Shown piece after piece: positions 7,585 through 15,700 of a stretch of DNA of 32,000 nucleotides. The stretch covers positions 870,001 through 902,000 of the forward strand of contig NZ_CP045921.1 in assembly GCF_025273655.1 (NCBI RefSeq). Reading direction: 5' to 3'. Both the position numbers and the translations under genes were made by a program. Numbering within the stretch: the first letter of the stretch is position 1; each line of letters begins with the position of its first letter. Origin of the DNA: Candidatus Saccharimonadota bacterium (GTDB lineage: Bacteria; Patescibacteriota; Saccharimonadia; Saccharimonadales; Saccharimonadaceae). The notes beneath the pieces are model-generated. The model did not search any database. It saw nothing but the letters and a program-made list of their open reading frames with translations, and was not told the origin of the DNA.

Positions 7585-7802
7585 GCCGATTTGTCTGTCT
7601 TTTTTGTTGTAGGCGTTTTTTTGGCCGGCTTAGGCTGCCAGGTTGTGAGTAAATATGCGATGACACCAAGCAATATAACGATGATAACGCCAGAGCCGGT
7701 GATGATCGGCATGCAAGGGTCGATAGATTCTCCGAGTGTCATGGATTCCATAGTATGAACGTGTCCTGCGTGTGCGAAAGAACTGATAAACATATGCCTC
7801 AT
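7581..7802 (-). CDS. Small single-pass membrane protein with a His/Met/Cys-rich N-terminus
   Basis: MRHMFISSFAHAGHVHTMESMTLGESIDPCMPIITGSGVIIVILLGVIAYLLTTWQPKPAKKTPTTKKTDKSA. The Lys-rich tail implies an N-out topology. The stop overlaps the next gene's start (ATGA). The start is uncertain (7802, 7793 or 7757); the track start 7850 would overlap the divergent gene. Confidence 0.4.
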   Translation of the reverse strand: MRHMFISSFAHAGHVHTMESMTLGESIDPCMPIITGSGVIIVILLGVIAYLLTTWQPKPAKKTPTTKKTDKSA

Positions 7803-7828
7803 TCTACCACGCAGAGCTCGAAGCACGT

Positions 7829-7836
7829 AGTATAAT
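7829..7836. promoter_or_regulatory. Overlapping face-to-face -10 boxes: TATAAT on plus, TATACT on minus
   Basis: AGTATAAT. Plus-strand TATAAT at 7831-7836 ends 8 nt before ATG 7845. Minus-strand TATACT at 7834..7829 lies about 27 nt before ATG 7802. Confidence 0.4.
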
Positions 7837-7844
7837 AGGGCTAT

Positions 7845-8516
7845 ATGCACAAAAACTCACCCCATGCGGTCGCCGTGGCCGCGACACTCCACTGCCTAAC
7901 AGGCTGTGCGATTGGCGAGATCACTGGTATGGTGATCGGCGAAATATTTGGCCTGACAAATGAGCTCACTATTCTGCTGTCGTTTACCCTGGCGTTCGTG
8001 TTTGGCTACACACTATCGGCACTCCCACTGGTACGCGGCGGTCTGAGTTTTGGTGCAGCACTACGACTCGTACTTGCTGCCGATACGGTGTCGATCCTCA
8101 CTATGGAACTCGTCGACAACGCAGTGATGTATGCCATACCTGGCGCCATGGGCGCAGGCCTAGTGAACCCGCTTTTCTGGGTGAGCATGGCTGTAGCACT
8201 CTTCGTCGCGTTTTGGGCGGCGTATCCCGTAAACCGCTACCTCATCGCTCGTGGCAAAGGGCACGCGCTCGTACATGCACAGCATGACCACGGTGCGCAC
8301 AGCGAGCATCATCACGAGCATGCAGGTCACAAGGAACATCACCATATGGCTCGTCTTGAGCAGACTCCCACACATAGCATGGATAATCGACCGCTGCTCT
8401 ATGCGATCATCGCGTTTCTCCTCGGCGGCCTAGTAGTATCGCTAGCCGCGACGACGTTTGACCGAGCAGAGTACGAACATCTACAGCACGCAGCAACCAC
8501 CTCTACACAGCGCTAG
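7845..8516 (+). CDS. DUF4396 domain-containing membrane protein with a His-rich loop
   Basis: N-terminus AATLHCLTGCAIGEITGMVIGEIFG is the H-C-x-x-G-C-x-x-G-E motif I associate with DUF4396. His-rich segment HAQHDHGAHSEHHHEHAGHKEHHHM, followed by a final TM helix. Confidence 0.6.
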   Translation: MHKNSPHAVAVAATLHCLTGCAIGEITGMVIGEIFGLTNELTILLSFTLAFVFGYTLSALPLVRGGLSFGAALRLVLAADTVSILTMELVDNAVMYAIPGAMGAGLVNPLFWVSMAVALFVAFWAAYPVNRYLIARGKGHALVHAQHDHGAHSEHHHEHAGHKEHHHMARLEQTPTHSMDNRPLLYAIIAFLLGGLVVSLAATTFDRAEYEHLQHAATTSTQR

Positions 8517-8991
8517 GAATCGGCTCTTCGGCGTAGCCGCTAGTATCGCCGCGTGCCCACACTTGTACAGCCCCTCCGTAGTTTGACAGGTCTGCCATAA
8601 CTGTCTGAGGACTCACAAAACGCCACTCGGCGATTTCGCTCGCCTGCAGCACGATCGGGCTTGTATCTTCGACAGGAGCAGTGGCGCGAAACATAAACTG
8701 ATACGTATGCATGATTTCGCTGATACGATCCACCATATAGGCAAACGACACGTCCCGAGCCACAAGCTCAATTCCCGTCTCTTCGTATAGCTCGCGCAGC
8801 GCTGCTTCGCGCGGGGTCTGGCCGTCTTCTACCCAGCCACCAGGAAACGACCAGTAGGGTTTGTAGTGCGCCTTGAGAAGCAATGCTTCTCCTGCGGCGT
8901 TTTCGAGTATGATACCCGCACTCGATGGCCGCGCCACACGGGTAGCGAGAAACTTCTGAACTTCCTCGCGCTCATACATATTATTTCGCAA
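8503..8991 (-). CDS. NUDIX hydrolase
   Basis: Nudix box GGWVEDGQTPREAALRELYEETGIE (G-x5-E-x7-REUxEExGU). 162 aa. The start overlaps the rny stop by 11 nt. Confidence 0.85.
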   Translation of the reverse strand: MRNNMYEREEVQKFLATRVARPSSAGIILENAAGEALLLKAHYKPYWSFPGGWVEDGQTPREAALRELYEETGIELVARDVSFAYMVDRISEIMHTYQFMFRATAPVEDTSPIVLQASEIAEWRFVSPQTVMADLSNYGGAVQVWARGDTSGYAEEPIPSAV

Positions 8992-10489
8992 ACTCTATCG
9001 CGCGGGTCTCGCGAATGACATTGACTTTGATAGTACCAGGATATTGCATGGTGCTTTCGATCTTGGTGGCGATATCGCGCGCGAGGCGGATAGCGCTCAG
9101 ATCATCAACCGCCTTCGGACTCACGATGACGCGAACTTCGCGGCCAGCACTGATGGCGTACGCTTTATCGATGCCCTTGAAGCTAGTAGCAACGTTTTCG
9201 AGTTCACGCATACGTTCAGCAAAGTTCTCTGCCGAGATATTACGAGCGCCTGGACGAGCTGCACTCGCAGCATCGACTACGCGCACCACAAGCGCTTCTG
9301 GCGTGGTGGCTTCGATATCATCGTGGTGAGCTTCTATGGCATGGACAACTTCGGGTTTCATACCATATTTGCGCGCAAGTTCCGCTCCAATATGATGATG
9401 TTTGCCTTCAACTTTATGTGTGACAGCTTTGCCTACGTCATGCAGCAAGGTGGCGATTTTGACCGTACGAATATCTGCGCCGATCTCATCGGCGATCATA
9501 CCGGCGATCTGCGCCATTTCGGTACTATGCTTGAGCACGTTCTGCCCATAACTCGTGCGAAATTTGAGTTCACCGAGCAGGCGCAGCATTTCTTTTGGTA
9601 TACCGACGACACCGACTTCGCGAGCCGCGTCTTCACCGGCCTGTTTGATTTCTTTGTCGACTTGCTTCTGGGCTTTGGCCACCACTTCTTCGATACGACC
9701 CGGATGAATACGACCGTCTTTCATGAGCATTTCCATAGTGACACGAGCTACCTGGCGACGCACAGGGTCAAAGCTAGACAGCACCACCATACCCGGCGTG
9801 TCATCTACGAGCACATCCACACCGGTCTCGCGTTGGATAGCCTGGATATTGCGGCCTTCTTTGCCGATGATACGGCCTTTCATCTCGTCATCGGTAAGTT
9901 TGAGTGCCGTCACAGTGCGTTCGGCCGTCACTTCGCTGCTCATACGTTCCATGGCCGTGAGCAGGATCGTCTGCGCACGCTCTTCGGCATCTTCCATGGC
10001 GTCGTTTTGCAGTTTACTGACAAGTCCTACGAGATCATGTTTGATATCTCGCTCCGTCATCTCCATGAGCTTTTCAGCCGCATCTTCTTTTTTCAGCTTG
10101 GCAATCTTCTCCAGCTTTTCCTGCTGCTTGCCACGAATATCACGAATCTCGATTTTTAGCTTCTCGATCTCATCCTCTTGCGTACGCATTCTCTCGGCAC
10201 GTTTGTCGAGCTCATCGAGTTTACGGTCGAGTGAGGTCTCGCGGTCGAGCAAACGGTCTTCGGTACGCTTGAGCTCTTTGCGCGCCTGAGCTTCGTCTTT
10301 TTTGGCACCGTCGGTAATTTCGATAGCCTTGTGTTGGGCTTTTAGTACAATATCGTTGGCTTTTTTCTCGGCGTCGGCTATAGCGTGTTCGCCTTTGCGC
10401 TTGGCGCCAGCGCGCTGCGAGCGCTCGTAGCCAACCGCCCCACCTACACCCAAAAGAAGTCCTACCACTGCGGCAAGAATCTCTATCAT
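8981..10489 (-). CDS. rny: Ribonuclease Y
   Basis: 502 aa. N-terminal TM helix and a coiled-coil Lys/Glu-rich region. KH domain: GRIIGKEGRNIQAIQRETGVDVLVDD. HD domain: LLHDVGKAV...HHHIGAELARKYG...IEAHH. This is the canonical RNase Y architecture. Confidence 0.95.
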   Translation of the reverse strand: MIEILAAVVGLLLGVGGAVGYERSQRAGAKRKGEHAIADAEKKANDIVLKAQHKAIEITDGAKKDEAQARKELKRTEDRLLDRETSLDRKLDELDKRAERMRTQEDEIEKLKIEIRDIRGKQQEKLEKIAKLKKEDAAEKLMEMTERDIKHDLVGLVSKLQNDAMEDAEERAQTILLTAMERMSSEVTAERTVTALKLTDDEMKGRIIGKEGRNIQAIQRETGVDVLVDDTPGMVVLSSFDPVRRQVARVTMEMLMKDGRIHPGRIEEVVAKAQKQVDKEIKQAGEDAAREVGVVGIPKEMLRLLGELKFRTSYGQNVLKHSTEMAQIAGMIADEIGADIRTVKIATLLHDVGKAVTHKVEGKHHHIGAELARKYGMKPEVVHAIEAHHDDIEATTPEALVVRVVDAASAARPGARNISAENFAERMRELENVATSFKGIDKAYAISAGREVRVIVSPKAVDDLSAIRLARDIATKIESTMQYPGTIKVNVIRETRAIEFAK

Positions 10490-10582
10490 ATATCCATCCT
10501 TTCTCCTGCTGACCCCTGTCTCGGGCTTTGCTACATATAAAAGGTATCGGTAGCCCGCTTCTTGTGGGGCGCTGTAATGCAG

Positions 10583-10624
10583 AAATCAGTTAATCAGTAA
10601 ATCAAACGCTTAATATAAATCAGA
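10583..10624. repeat. Tandem 8-mers (A/T)AATCA(G/A)N x3 plus a fourth copy 11 nt away
   Basis: AAATCAGT (10583-10590), TAATCAGT (10591-10598), AAATCAAA (10599-10606) and AAATCAGA (10617-10624), within the rny upstream region. Confidence 0.6.
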
Positions 10625-10635
10625 AAGCTATTTCT

Positions 10636-10665
10636 ATTGTAGCCCTAGCCCGAGCAAAAGTGCAA
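10636..10665 (-). promoter_or_regulatory. Candidate rny promoter TTGCAC-18-TACAAT
   Basis: Minus strand reads TTGCACttttgctcgggctagggcTACAAT, directly after the tsaB stop. It would give a leader of about 140 nt before the SD AGGAGA and ATG 10489. Confidence 0.3.
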
Positions 10666-10669
10666 CCAC

Positions 10670-11056
10670 TTATTTGCGCGGGGCAGTGATACGCGCCTCA
10701 CGGCCGTATTCTGGCAGCACAATCTGGTCGTTTTCGCCGGCAGCAAGCCGGGCCAATGCGTCGTCTCGCCATTGCTCACCCAGTGTGCCCACGATAGGAA
10801 TGTGCTCACTGTCGGCGACAGTGTTGAGGGTGGTGATGCCGATACGCAGGCCAGTGAAGCTTCCTGGGCCACAGAGCACGCCGATACCGTCTAGGCCTGC
10901 CAGCGTTTGCTCGTGTTCGGCAAGCTTGGCAACGAGAAACTCGAGCAGCCCACGTGCCAGCTCACGATCAGCCTGCCAGGCATATTCATATCGCGCTTCG
11001 CCGTCGACAAGTGTCAGTTTACACTCCGGCGTCGATGTATCGAGGAGCAAAATCAT
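10670..11056 (-). CDS. tsaB: tRNA t6A37 biosynthesis protein TsaB, short form (128 aa)
   Basis: MILLLDTSTPECKLTLVDG...GIGVLCGPGSFTGLRIGITTLNTVA is the TsaB N-terminal ASKHA-like domain. The protein is about half the usual ~230 aa. ATGA overlap with tsaE. Confidence 0.8.
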   Translation of the reverse strand: MILLLDTSTPECKLTLVDGEARYEYAWQADRELARGLLEFLVAKLAEHEQTLAGLDGIGVLCGPGSFTGLRIGITTLNTVADSEHIPIVGTLGEQWRDDALARLAAGENDQIVLPEYGREARITAPRK

Positions 11057-11508
11057 GTGCTTGCCTCCATCAATTCCTTCGAACGTTCACCGCCCGTCGT
11101 CCATGACACATCTCGGGCTTGCTCGTCGTCGGCCACCAACCTTATCGTAAGCGTCACTCGGTCGGTCGGCAATATGCTAGCCACTGTCTCAGCCCACTCG
11201 ACCACTGTCACGCCGTGCTCGTCGGCCAGAGATTCGGCCAGCTCATCCGCCATAATACCCGCGTTGTCGAGGCGATAGAAGTCATAGTGCACCAGGTGTA
11301 AACCACGCTCACCATCGTACTCGCGACTTATAGCAAACGTCGGACTCTGCACCGCGTCATGCACACCCAGACCACGCGCTAGACCTTTTGTAAACGTCGT
11401 CTTGCCAGCCCCTACGTCACCGACCAGCTCCAGCACTTCGCCACCATGAAGATTCCGGGCAACGCGCTCACCAAAAGTCAACATTTCACCAAGTGATGAT
11501 ACTATCAT
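11053..11508 (-). CDS. tsaE: tRNA t6A37 biosynthesis ATPase TsaE
   Basis: P-loop GDVGAGKTTFTKGLARGLG, then SPTFAISREY and HYDFYRL motifs. The track start 11514 is GTG. I prefer ATG 11508 because TATACT (11521..11516) lies 7 nt upstream. Confidence 0.9.
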   Translation of the reverse strand: MIVSSLGEMLTFGERVARNLHGGEVLELVGDVGAGKTTFTKGLARGLGVHDAVQSPTFAISREYDGERGLHLVHYDFYRLDNAGIMADELAESLADEHGVTVVEWAETVASILPTDRVTLTIRLVADDEQARDVSWTTGGERSKELMEAST

Positions 11509-11513
11509 TGCCA

Positions 11514-11570
11514 CTAGTATACCGATATAATTATGCGCTAGTCAAAACAAATATGACTAGGGTATACTAG
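11514..11570. promoter_or_regulatory. Divergent tsaE/pilB control region with nested inverted repeats
   Basis: Outer 10-bp inverted repeat CTAGTATACC (11514-11523) / GGTATACTAG (11561-11570); each arm carries a TATACT box pointing outward. Inner 7-bp inverted repeat CTAGTCA (11538-11544) / TGACTAG (11554-11560). TATAAT at 11526-11531. Confidence 0.45.
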
Positions 11571-11582
11571 AGCGTAAGCAGT

Positions 11583-13361
11583 ATGCGTATTTCAGATAAA
11601 ACATTTCTGGCGATGGTGGGCATGGGCGATACGCTCACGCAGGAACAAATGGACACTCTCAAACAAGAGAGTGCCAAAACCCATATGCCCATGCAGTCGC
11701 TTGCCACAAAGAAAGAAATGCTGACCGACGAAGCAATCACCCGTCTCTTCTCCGAATACACCCAAATCCCCTATGCCGAAATCGACCCAAAAAAGATTCC
11801 TGAAGCTGCCCTGAAAAAGATTCCTGAACGTATCGCCCGCCAATATAACGCCATCATCTTCCAAATTGACGACGATGGTCTGATCCATTTGGCCATGGAA
11901 GATCCCGATGATGTCGAAGCAATCAACTTCCTCCAAAAGCAAATCGGCACCAACACAAAACTGTATGTCTCTCCGCATGATGTCATCTTGAGTGCACTTG
12001 ACGCCTATCGTGGTGATGTCAACAAAGAGTTGGGTGAAGTCATCAGTATCCAATCCGAAGACACCAAAAACGAAGCCGTCCGCGAAGAAGACGTCGCCGA
12101 AGATTCGCCTATCGCCAAAACCGTCAACCTCTTGCTTGAATATGCCATCCGCTCTGGTGCGTCCGACATCCATATTGAGCCACGAGAAGAATATATTCAG
12201 GTGCGCTACCGTGTCGATGGTGTCCTGAAAGAAGTCAACCGCCTTCCGAAAAATATCGCAAATGCACTCGTCAGTCGCGTCAAGATCTTGTCCAACCTCA
12301 AAATCGACGAACGTCGCGTACCACAAGACGGCCGCTTCAAAATCCATCTTGGCGGCCGCCAGTTTGCATTTCGTGTCAGCACACTGCCAATCACCGACGG
12401 CGAGAAGATCGTTATGCGCGTGCTCAACGAGTCAAACGAAGCCCTACCACTCGAGAAACTCGGCTACTGGGGTAAGTCGCTCGAAGTTATCAACAACGCA
12501 CTCGAAGAACCAAATGGCATGATCCTAGTAACAGGCCCGACTGGATCCGGTAAATCTACCAGCCTTTTCAGTGTTCTGAGCCGCATGAACACGCCAGATG
12601 TCAACATCTCCACTATCGAAGACCCCGTGGAATACAAAATTCCCGGTGTCAACCAGACGCAGACAAACGTAAAAGCCGGCATGACCTTTGCGTCCGGCCT
12701 ACGTGCACTTCTCCGCCAGGACCCAAACATCATCATGGTCGGTGAGATCCGTGACGGCGAAACAGCAAATCTGGGCGTCCAGGCCGCACTGACTGGACAC
12801 CTCGTTTTCAGCACACTCCACACCAACAACGCGGCCACCTGTCTGCCGCGCCTGCTCGACATGGGTATCGAACCGTTTCTTATTGCAAGTACTGTCAAAG
12901 CCGTCGTGGGTCAGCGCTTAGTGCGTCGCTTGCGTTACCAAACCCGCGAGCAGTACGAACCGACAGAGGAAGAGAAGAAATACGTTACCAGCCTTTTTCA
13001 TCTACGCGAAGGACAGACCTTTGCTCATATTCACGAGCTCGAGAAACAGGCTGCTGCTATGGGTATTGGGGGTGACGCACCACTAGCAACCGACGAGCAT
13101 GGTATCAAGTTACTCTGGCGTAACAATACCGACGACAACGACGATGGCGCCCACAGCGGCTTTAAAGGGCGTGTTGGTATATACGAAGTCCTAGGTATAT
13201 CGGTGCCAATCCAGAAAATGATCACCGGCAACGCTACGAGCAACGATATCCAGGACGCAGCAATCGGCGAAGGTATGACCACCATGCAGACAGACGGCCT
13301 CATCAAAGCACTGCGTGGTGAGACGACTGTCGAAGAAGTACTGAGGGTAACTAAGGAGTAA
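11583..13361 (+). CDS. pilB: Type IV pilus assembly ATPase PilB (GspE/PilB family)
   Basis: 592 aa. N-terminal T2SSE_N-like domain, Walker A GPTGSGKSTSLFS, Asp box, Walker B IIMVGEIRD, His box TGHLVFSTLHTN. Confidence 0.95.
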   Translation: MRISDKTFLAMVGMGDTLTQEQMDTLKQESAKTHMPMQSLATKKEMLTDEAITRLFSEYTQIPYAEIDPKKIPEAALKKIPERIARQYNAIIFQIDDDGLIHLAMEDPDDVEAINFLQKQIGTNTKLYVSPHDVILSALDAYRGDVNKELGEVISIQSEDTKNEAVREEDVAEDSPIAKTVNLLLEYAIRSGASDIHIEPREEYIQVRYRVDGVLKEVNRLPKNIANALVSRVKILSNLKIDERRVPQDGRFKIHLGGRQFAFRVSTLPITDGEKIVMRVLNESNEALPLEKLGYWGKSLEVINNALEEPNGMILVTGPTGSGKSTSLFSVLSRMNTPDVNISTIEDPVEYKIPGVNQTQTNVKAGMTFASGLRALLRQDPNIIMVGEIRDGETANLGVQAALTGHLVFSTLHTNNAATCLPRLLDMGIEPFLIASTVKAVVGQRLVRRLRYQTREQYEPTEEEKKYVTSLFHLREGQTFAHIHELEKQAAAMGIGGDAPLATDEHGIKLLWRNNTDDNDDGAHSGFKGRVGIYEVLGISVPIQKMITGNATSNDIQDAAIGEGMTTMQTDGLIKALRGETTVEEVLRVTKE

Positions 13362-13363
13362 TC

Positions 13364-14590
13364 ATGCCAAAATTTAGCTACGAAGCCACCTCCACTACTG
13401 CACCGGGCACTATCGTCAAAGGTGAAATTGAGGCAGCTGATCGGGAGAGCGTTGTAAGTGCACTCGGCAAACAACACCTCAATCCCGTCAGTATCAAGGA
13501 AGCCAAAGCGGGCGGCTTCAATCTTAGTCTTGGTGGTGGCAAAGTCAAGTCAGACGAGCTCGTGATCTTTACACGACAACTCAGCGCCATGATCAGCGCT
13601 GGCGTACCGCTTCTGCGCTCACTCAATTCACTCGCTGAGCATGCTGAAAATCCAGCCTTCAAAAAGATCCTCAATACAGTCATTATCGATATCCAAAGCG
13701 GTACCGGTTTTGGTGAAGCACTCGAAAAATACCCGCGCGTCTTCAGCGATGTCTATGTCAACATGGTCAAAGCCGGCGAAACCGCTGGTATCCTGGACGA
13801 CATCCTCAAGCGCCTAGCGACGCAGCAAGAAAAAAACGCCACTATCCGCAAAAAGATCAAAAGTGCTATGTCCTATCCGATGGTACTGGTTGTCATCATG
13901 ATCGGCGCATTCTTCGGGCTGATGCTGTTCGTGATCCCGCAAATCGGCAAGATTATCACTGATTTGGGCGGTCCAGATGCCAAGCTTCCACTACTCACTC
14001 AAATCATGCTCGGAATTAGCGCCTTTTTGCTCGGCTATTGGTTCCTATGGATGCCTGCGCTTGTTGGTGCCGTCTTTGGTGTGACACGCTACTTACGTAC
14101 TCCTGGTGGTAAACGCAATTTTCACATTCTTATTCTCAAGCTTCCGCCTGTCAACACTATTATCAAAAAGGTTGCCGTTGCCCGCTTTGCACGAACCTAC
14201 TCATCACTCATCGGTGCTGGCGTTTCAGTCATCGAGGCCATCCATGTAACCGGACGCGCCATCGGTAACACCGTCTACATGGAAGCGCTAGAAGACGCAG
14301 CCAATCGTGTCAAAAATGGTGAACAGCTATCAAAGATCGTCGAAGAGCGTGAAGATCTCTTCCCCTCTATTCTTTCTCAGATGCTATCTGTGGGAGAAGA
14401 GACAGGACAGACCGATGTCGTGCTCATCAAAGTCGCCGATTTCTACGAAGAAGAGGTGGATGTAGCAATCGACGGCATCAGTTCCATCATCGAGCCAGTC
14501 ATGATCGTATCGATGGGCTCCATGGTCGGTCTGATTGCCGCAAGTGTGATGGGACCTATCGCAAGCATCTCGCAAAACATCAAAGGCTAG
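13364..14590 (+). CDS. pilC: Type IV pilus inner-membrane platform protein PilC (GspF family)
   Basis: 408 aa with a duplicated T2SSF domain (FTRQLSAMISAGVPLLRSL... and FARTYSSLIGAGVSVIEAI...) and 3 TM segments. SD AAGGAG. Confidence 0.95.
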   Translation: MPKFSYEATSTTAPGTIVKGEIEAADRESVVSALGKQHLNPVSIKEAKAGGFNLSLGGGKVKSDELVIFTRQLSAMISAGVPLLRSLNSLAEHAENPAFKKILNTVIIDIQSGTGFGEALEKYPRVFSDVYVNMVKAGETAGILDDILKRLATQQEKNATIRKKIKSAMSYPMVLVVIMIGAFFGLMLFVIPQIGKIITDLGGPDAKLPLLTQIMLGISAFLLGYWFLWMPALVGAVFGVTRYLRTPGGKRNFHILILKLPPVNTIIKKVAVARFARTYSSLIGAGVSVIEAIHVTGRAIGNTVYMEALEDAANRVKNGEQLSKIVEEREDLFPSILSQMLSVGEETGQTDVVLIKVADFYEEEVDVAIDGISSIIEPVMIVSMGSMVGLIAASVMGPIASISQNIKG

Positions 14591-14647
14591 CACTAGTATA
14601 AGCATGAGCTTCATGCTATAGTGAAGACAAACTAACGCGTGGGCGAC

Positions 14648-15700
14648 ATGGGAAAGCTGTTTTACAAAGACAAAACATTAATTGGGCTCGACATCAACAC
14701 CACCGAAATCAAAGTTATGTCGGTCGATGCAGAAAAATGGCTCGTACGTGGATACGGAGCTATTGATGTCGATGCCGCACGCATGAAAAAGGTCTTCGAC
14801 AAAGGCGATCCGTATCTCGAGACACAGATCAAGACATTACTGTCTGAAAAGGTCATCGGTGATATAAATACTGATCAGATTGTAGTCAGCCTCCCCACCT
14901 CACGCACCTACGCGCGTGCGTTTACTGTACCAATTTCCGCAGAGAAAAATCTCAAAGAGGCAGTCGAACTTGAAGTCGGGCAATATGTGCCTATCCCCGT
15001 TTCACTGCTCTACGTCGATTATGAAGTAGTCGATCGTACCAAAGACACTCTCACCGTTATCATGTCGGCTGTGCCACAGGCACTTGTCAACAATGTCATG
15101 ACCTCAATCGACGCAGCCGGTCTAACTACAAACGCAATCGAACCAAGCATTAACTCGATTGCACGCCTCCTGCGTACCACCGAAGAAGGCGATCTGCCAA
15201 CGCTTATCGTCGATATCGGCCCCGCCAATACCGACATTGCAGTACTCGACGGATCGATTCGTGTCACGGGAGGTACGACGGTTGGGGGTAATACTTTCAC
15301 ACTTGATATCGCCAAAAAACTTGGCGTCGCACTCGAAAACGCACACCAGCTCAAAGTTCTTAACGGTCTCAACCCTGGCCCCAGACAAAAGAAAATTACT
15401 TCGGCCGTCGAACCAAGTCTGCAACGTATCACTTCTGAGATTCGCCGCGTTATGCGCTACTACAACGAACGTATCTCTAGCGAGAAAAAACTCGAGCAAC
15501 TCCTCATCGTAGGCGGCGGTAGCAACATGCCCGGTATCGGCGAATACTTCACCAACGATCTGCTCATGCCGTCTCGCGTCGCCAGTCCATGGCAAAAACT
15601 TGACTTTGGCGCACTAGCTCAACCTGCTAAGCAGTTTCGCTCGCGTTACATCACTGTCGCAGGGCTTGCTAGCTTGACGAACGAGGAGGTCTGGAAATGA
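14648..15700 (+). CDS. pilM: Type IV pilus assembly protein PilM (actin-like ATPase fold)
   Basis: LIGLDINTTEIKVMSVD...TLIVDIGPANTDIAVL...LLIVGGGSNMPGIGEYF gives the ASKHA phosphate and adenosine motifs typical of PilM. The track start 14639 is GTG; ATG 14648 is preferred. Confidence 0.9.
   Translation: MGKLFYKDKTLIGLDINTTEIKVMSVDAEKWLVRGYGAIDVDAARMKKVFDKGDPYLETQIKTLLSEKVIGDINTDQIVVSLPTSRTYARAFTVPISAEKNLKEAVELEVGQYVPIPVSLLYVDYEVVDRTKDTLTVIMSAVPQALVNNVMTSIDAAGLTTNAIEPSINSIARLLRTTEEGDLPTLIVDIGPANTDIAVLDGSIRVTGGTTVGGNTFTLDIAKKLGVALENAHQLKVLNGLNPGPRQKKITSAVEPSLQRITSEIRRVMRYYNERISSEKKLEQLLIVGGGSNMPGIGEYFTNDLLMPSRVASPWQKLDFGALAQPAKQFRSRYITVAGLASLTNEEVWK

Noticed and set aside
7803-7850. Longer start (7850) for the small membrane protein ORF
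   Set aside because: It would overlap the divergent DUF4396 start codon and both -10 boxes. The extra residues (MHIALLYYVLRALRGR) look like read-through of promoter DNA.
9044-10159. 371-aa plus-strand ORF (and the 188-aa ORF at 9723..10289) inside the rny locus
   Set aside because: They lie fully antisense to RNase Y, whose KH and HD motifs are unambiguous. The translations are low-complexity (F/H/D-rich or S/R-rich) with no recognisable motif or start context.
10515-10660. Long-range 8-nt complementarity CTCGGGCT / AGCCCGAG flanking the rny upstream region
   Set aside because: The upstream partner lies within or upstream of the putative promoter, so it is probably not in the transcript. 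An 8-nt match is within chance expectation.
11592-12347. 251-aa minus-strand ORF antisense to pilB
   Set aside because: It overlaps the strongly supported pilB N-terminal region. The composition is odd (F/D/G-rich), and there is no SD or promoter box at its start.
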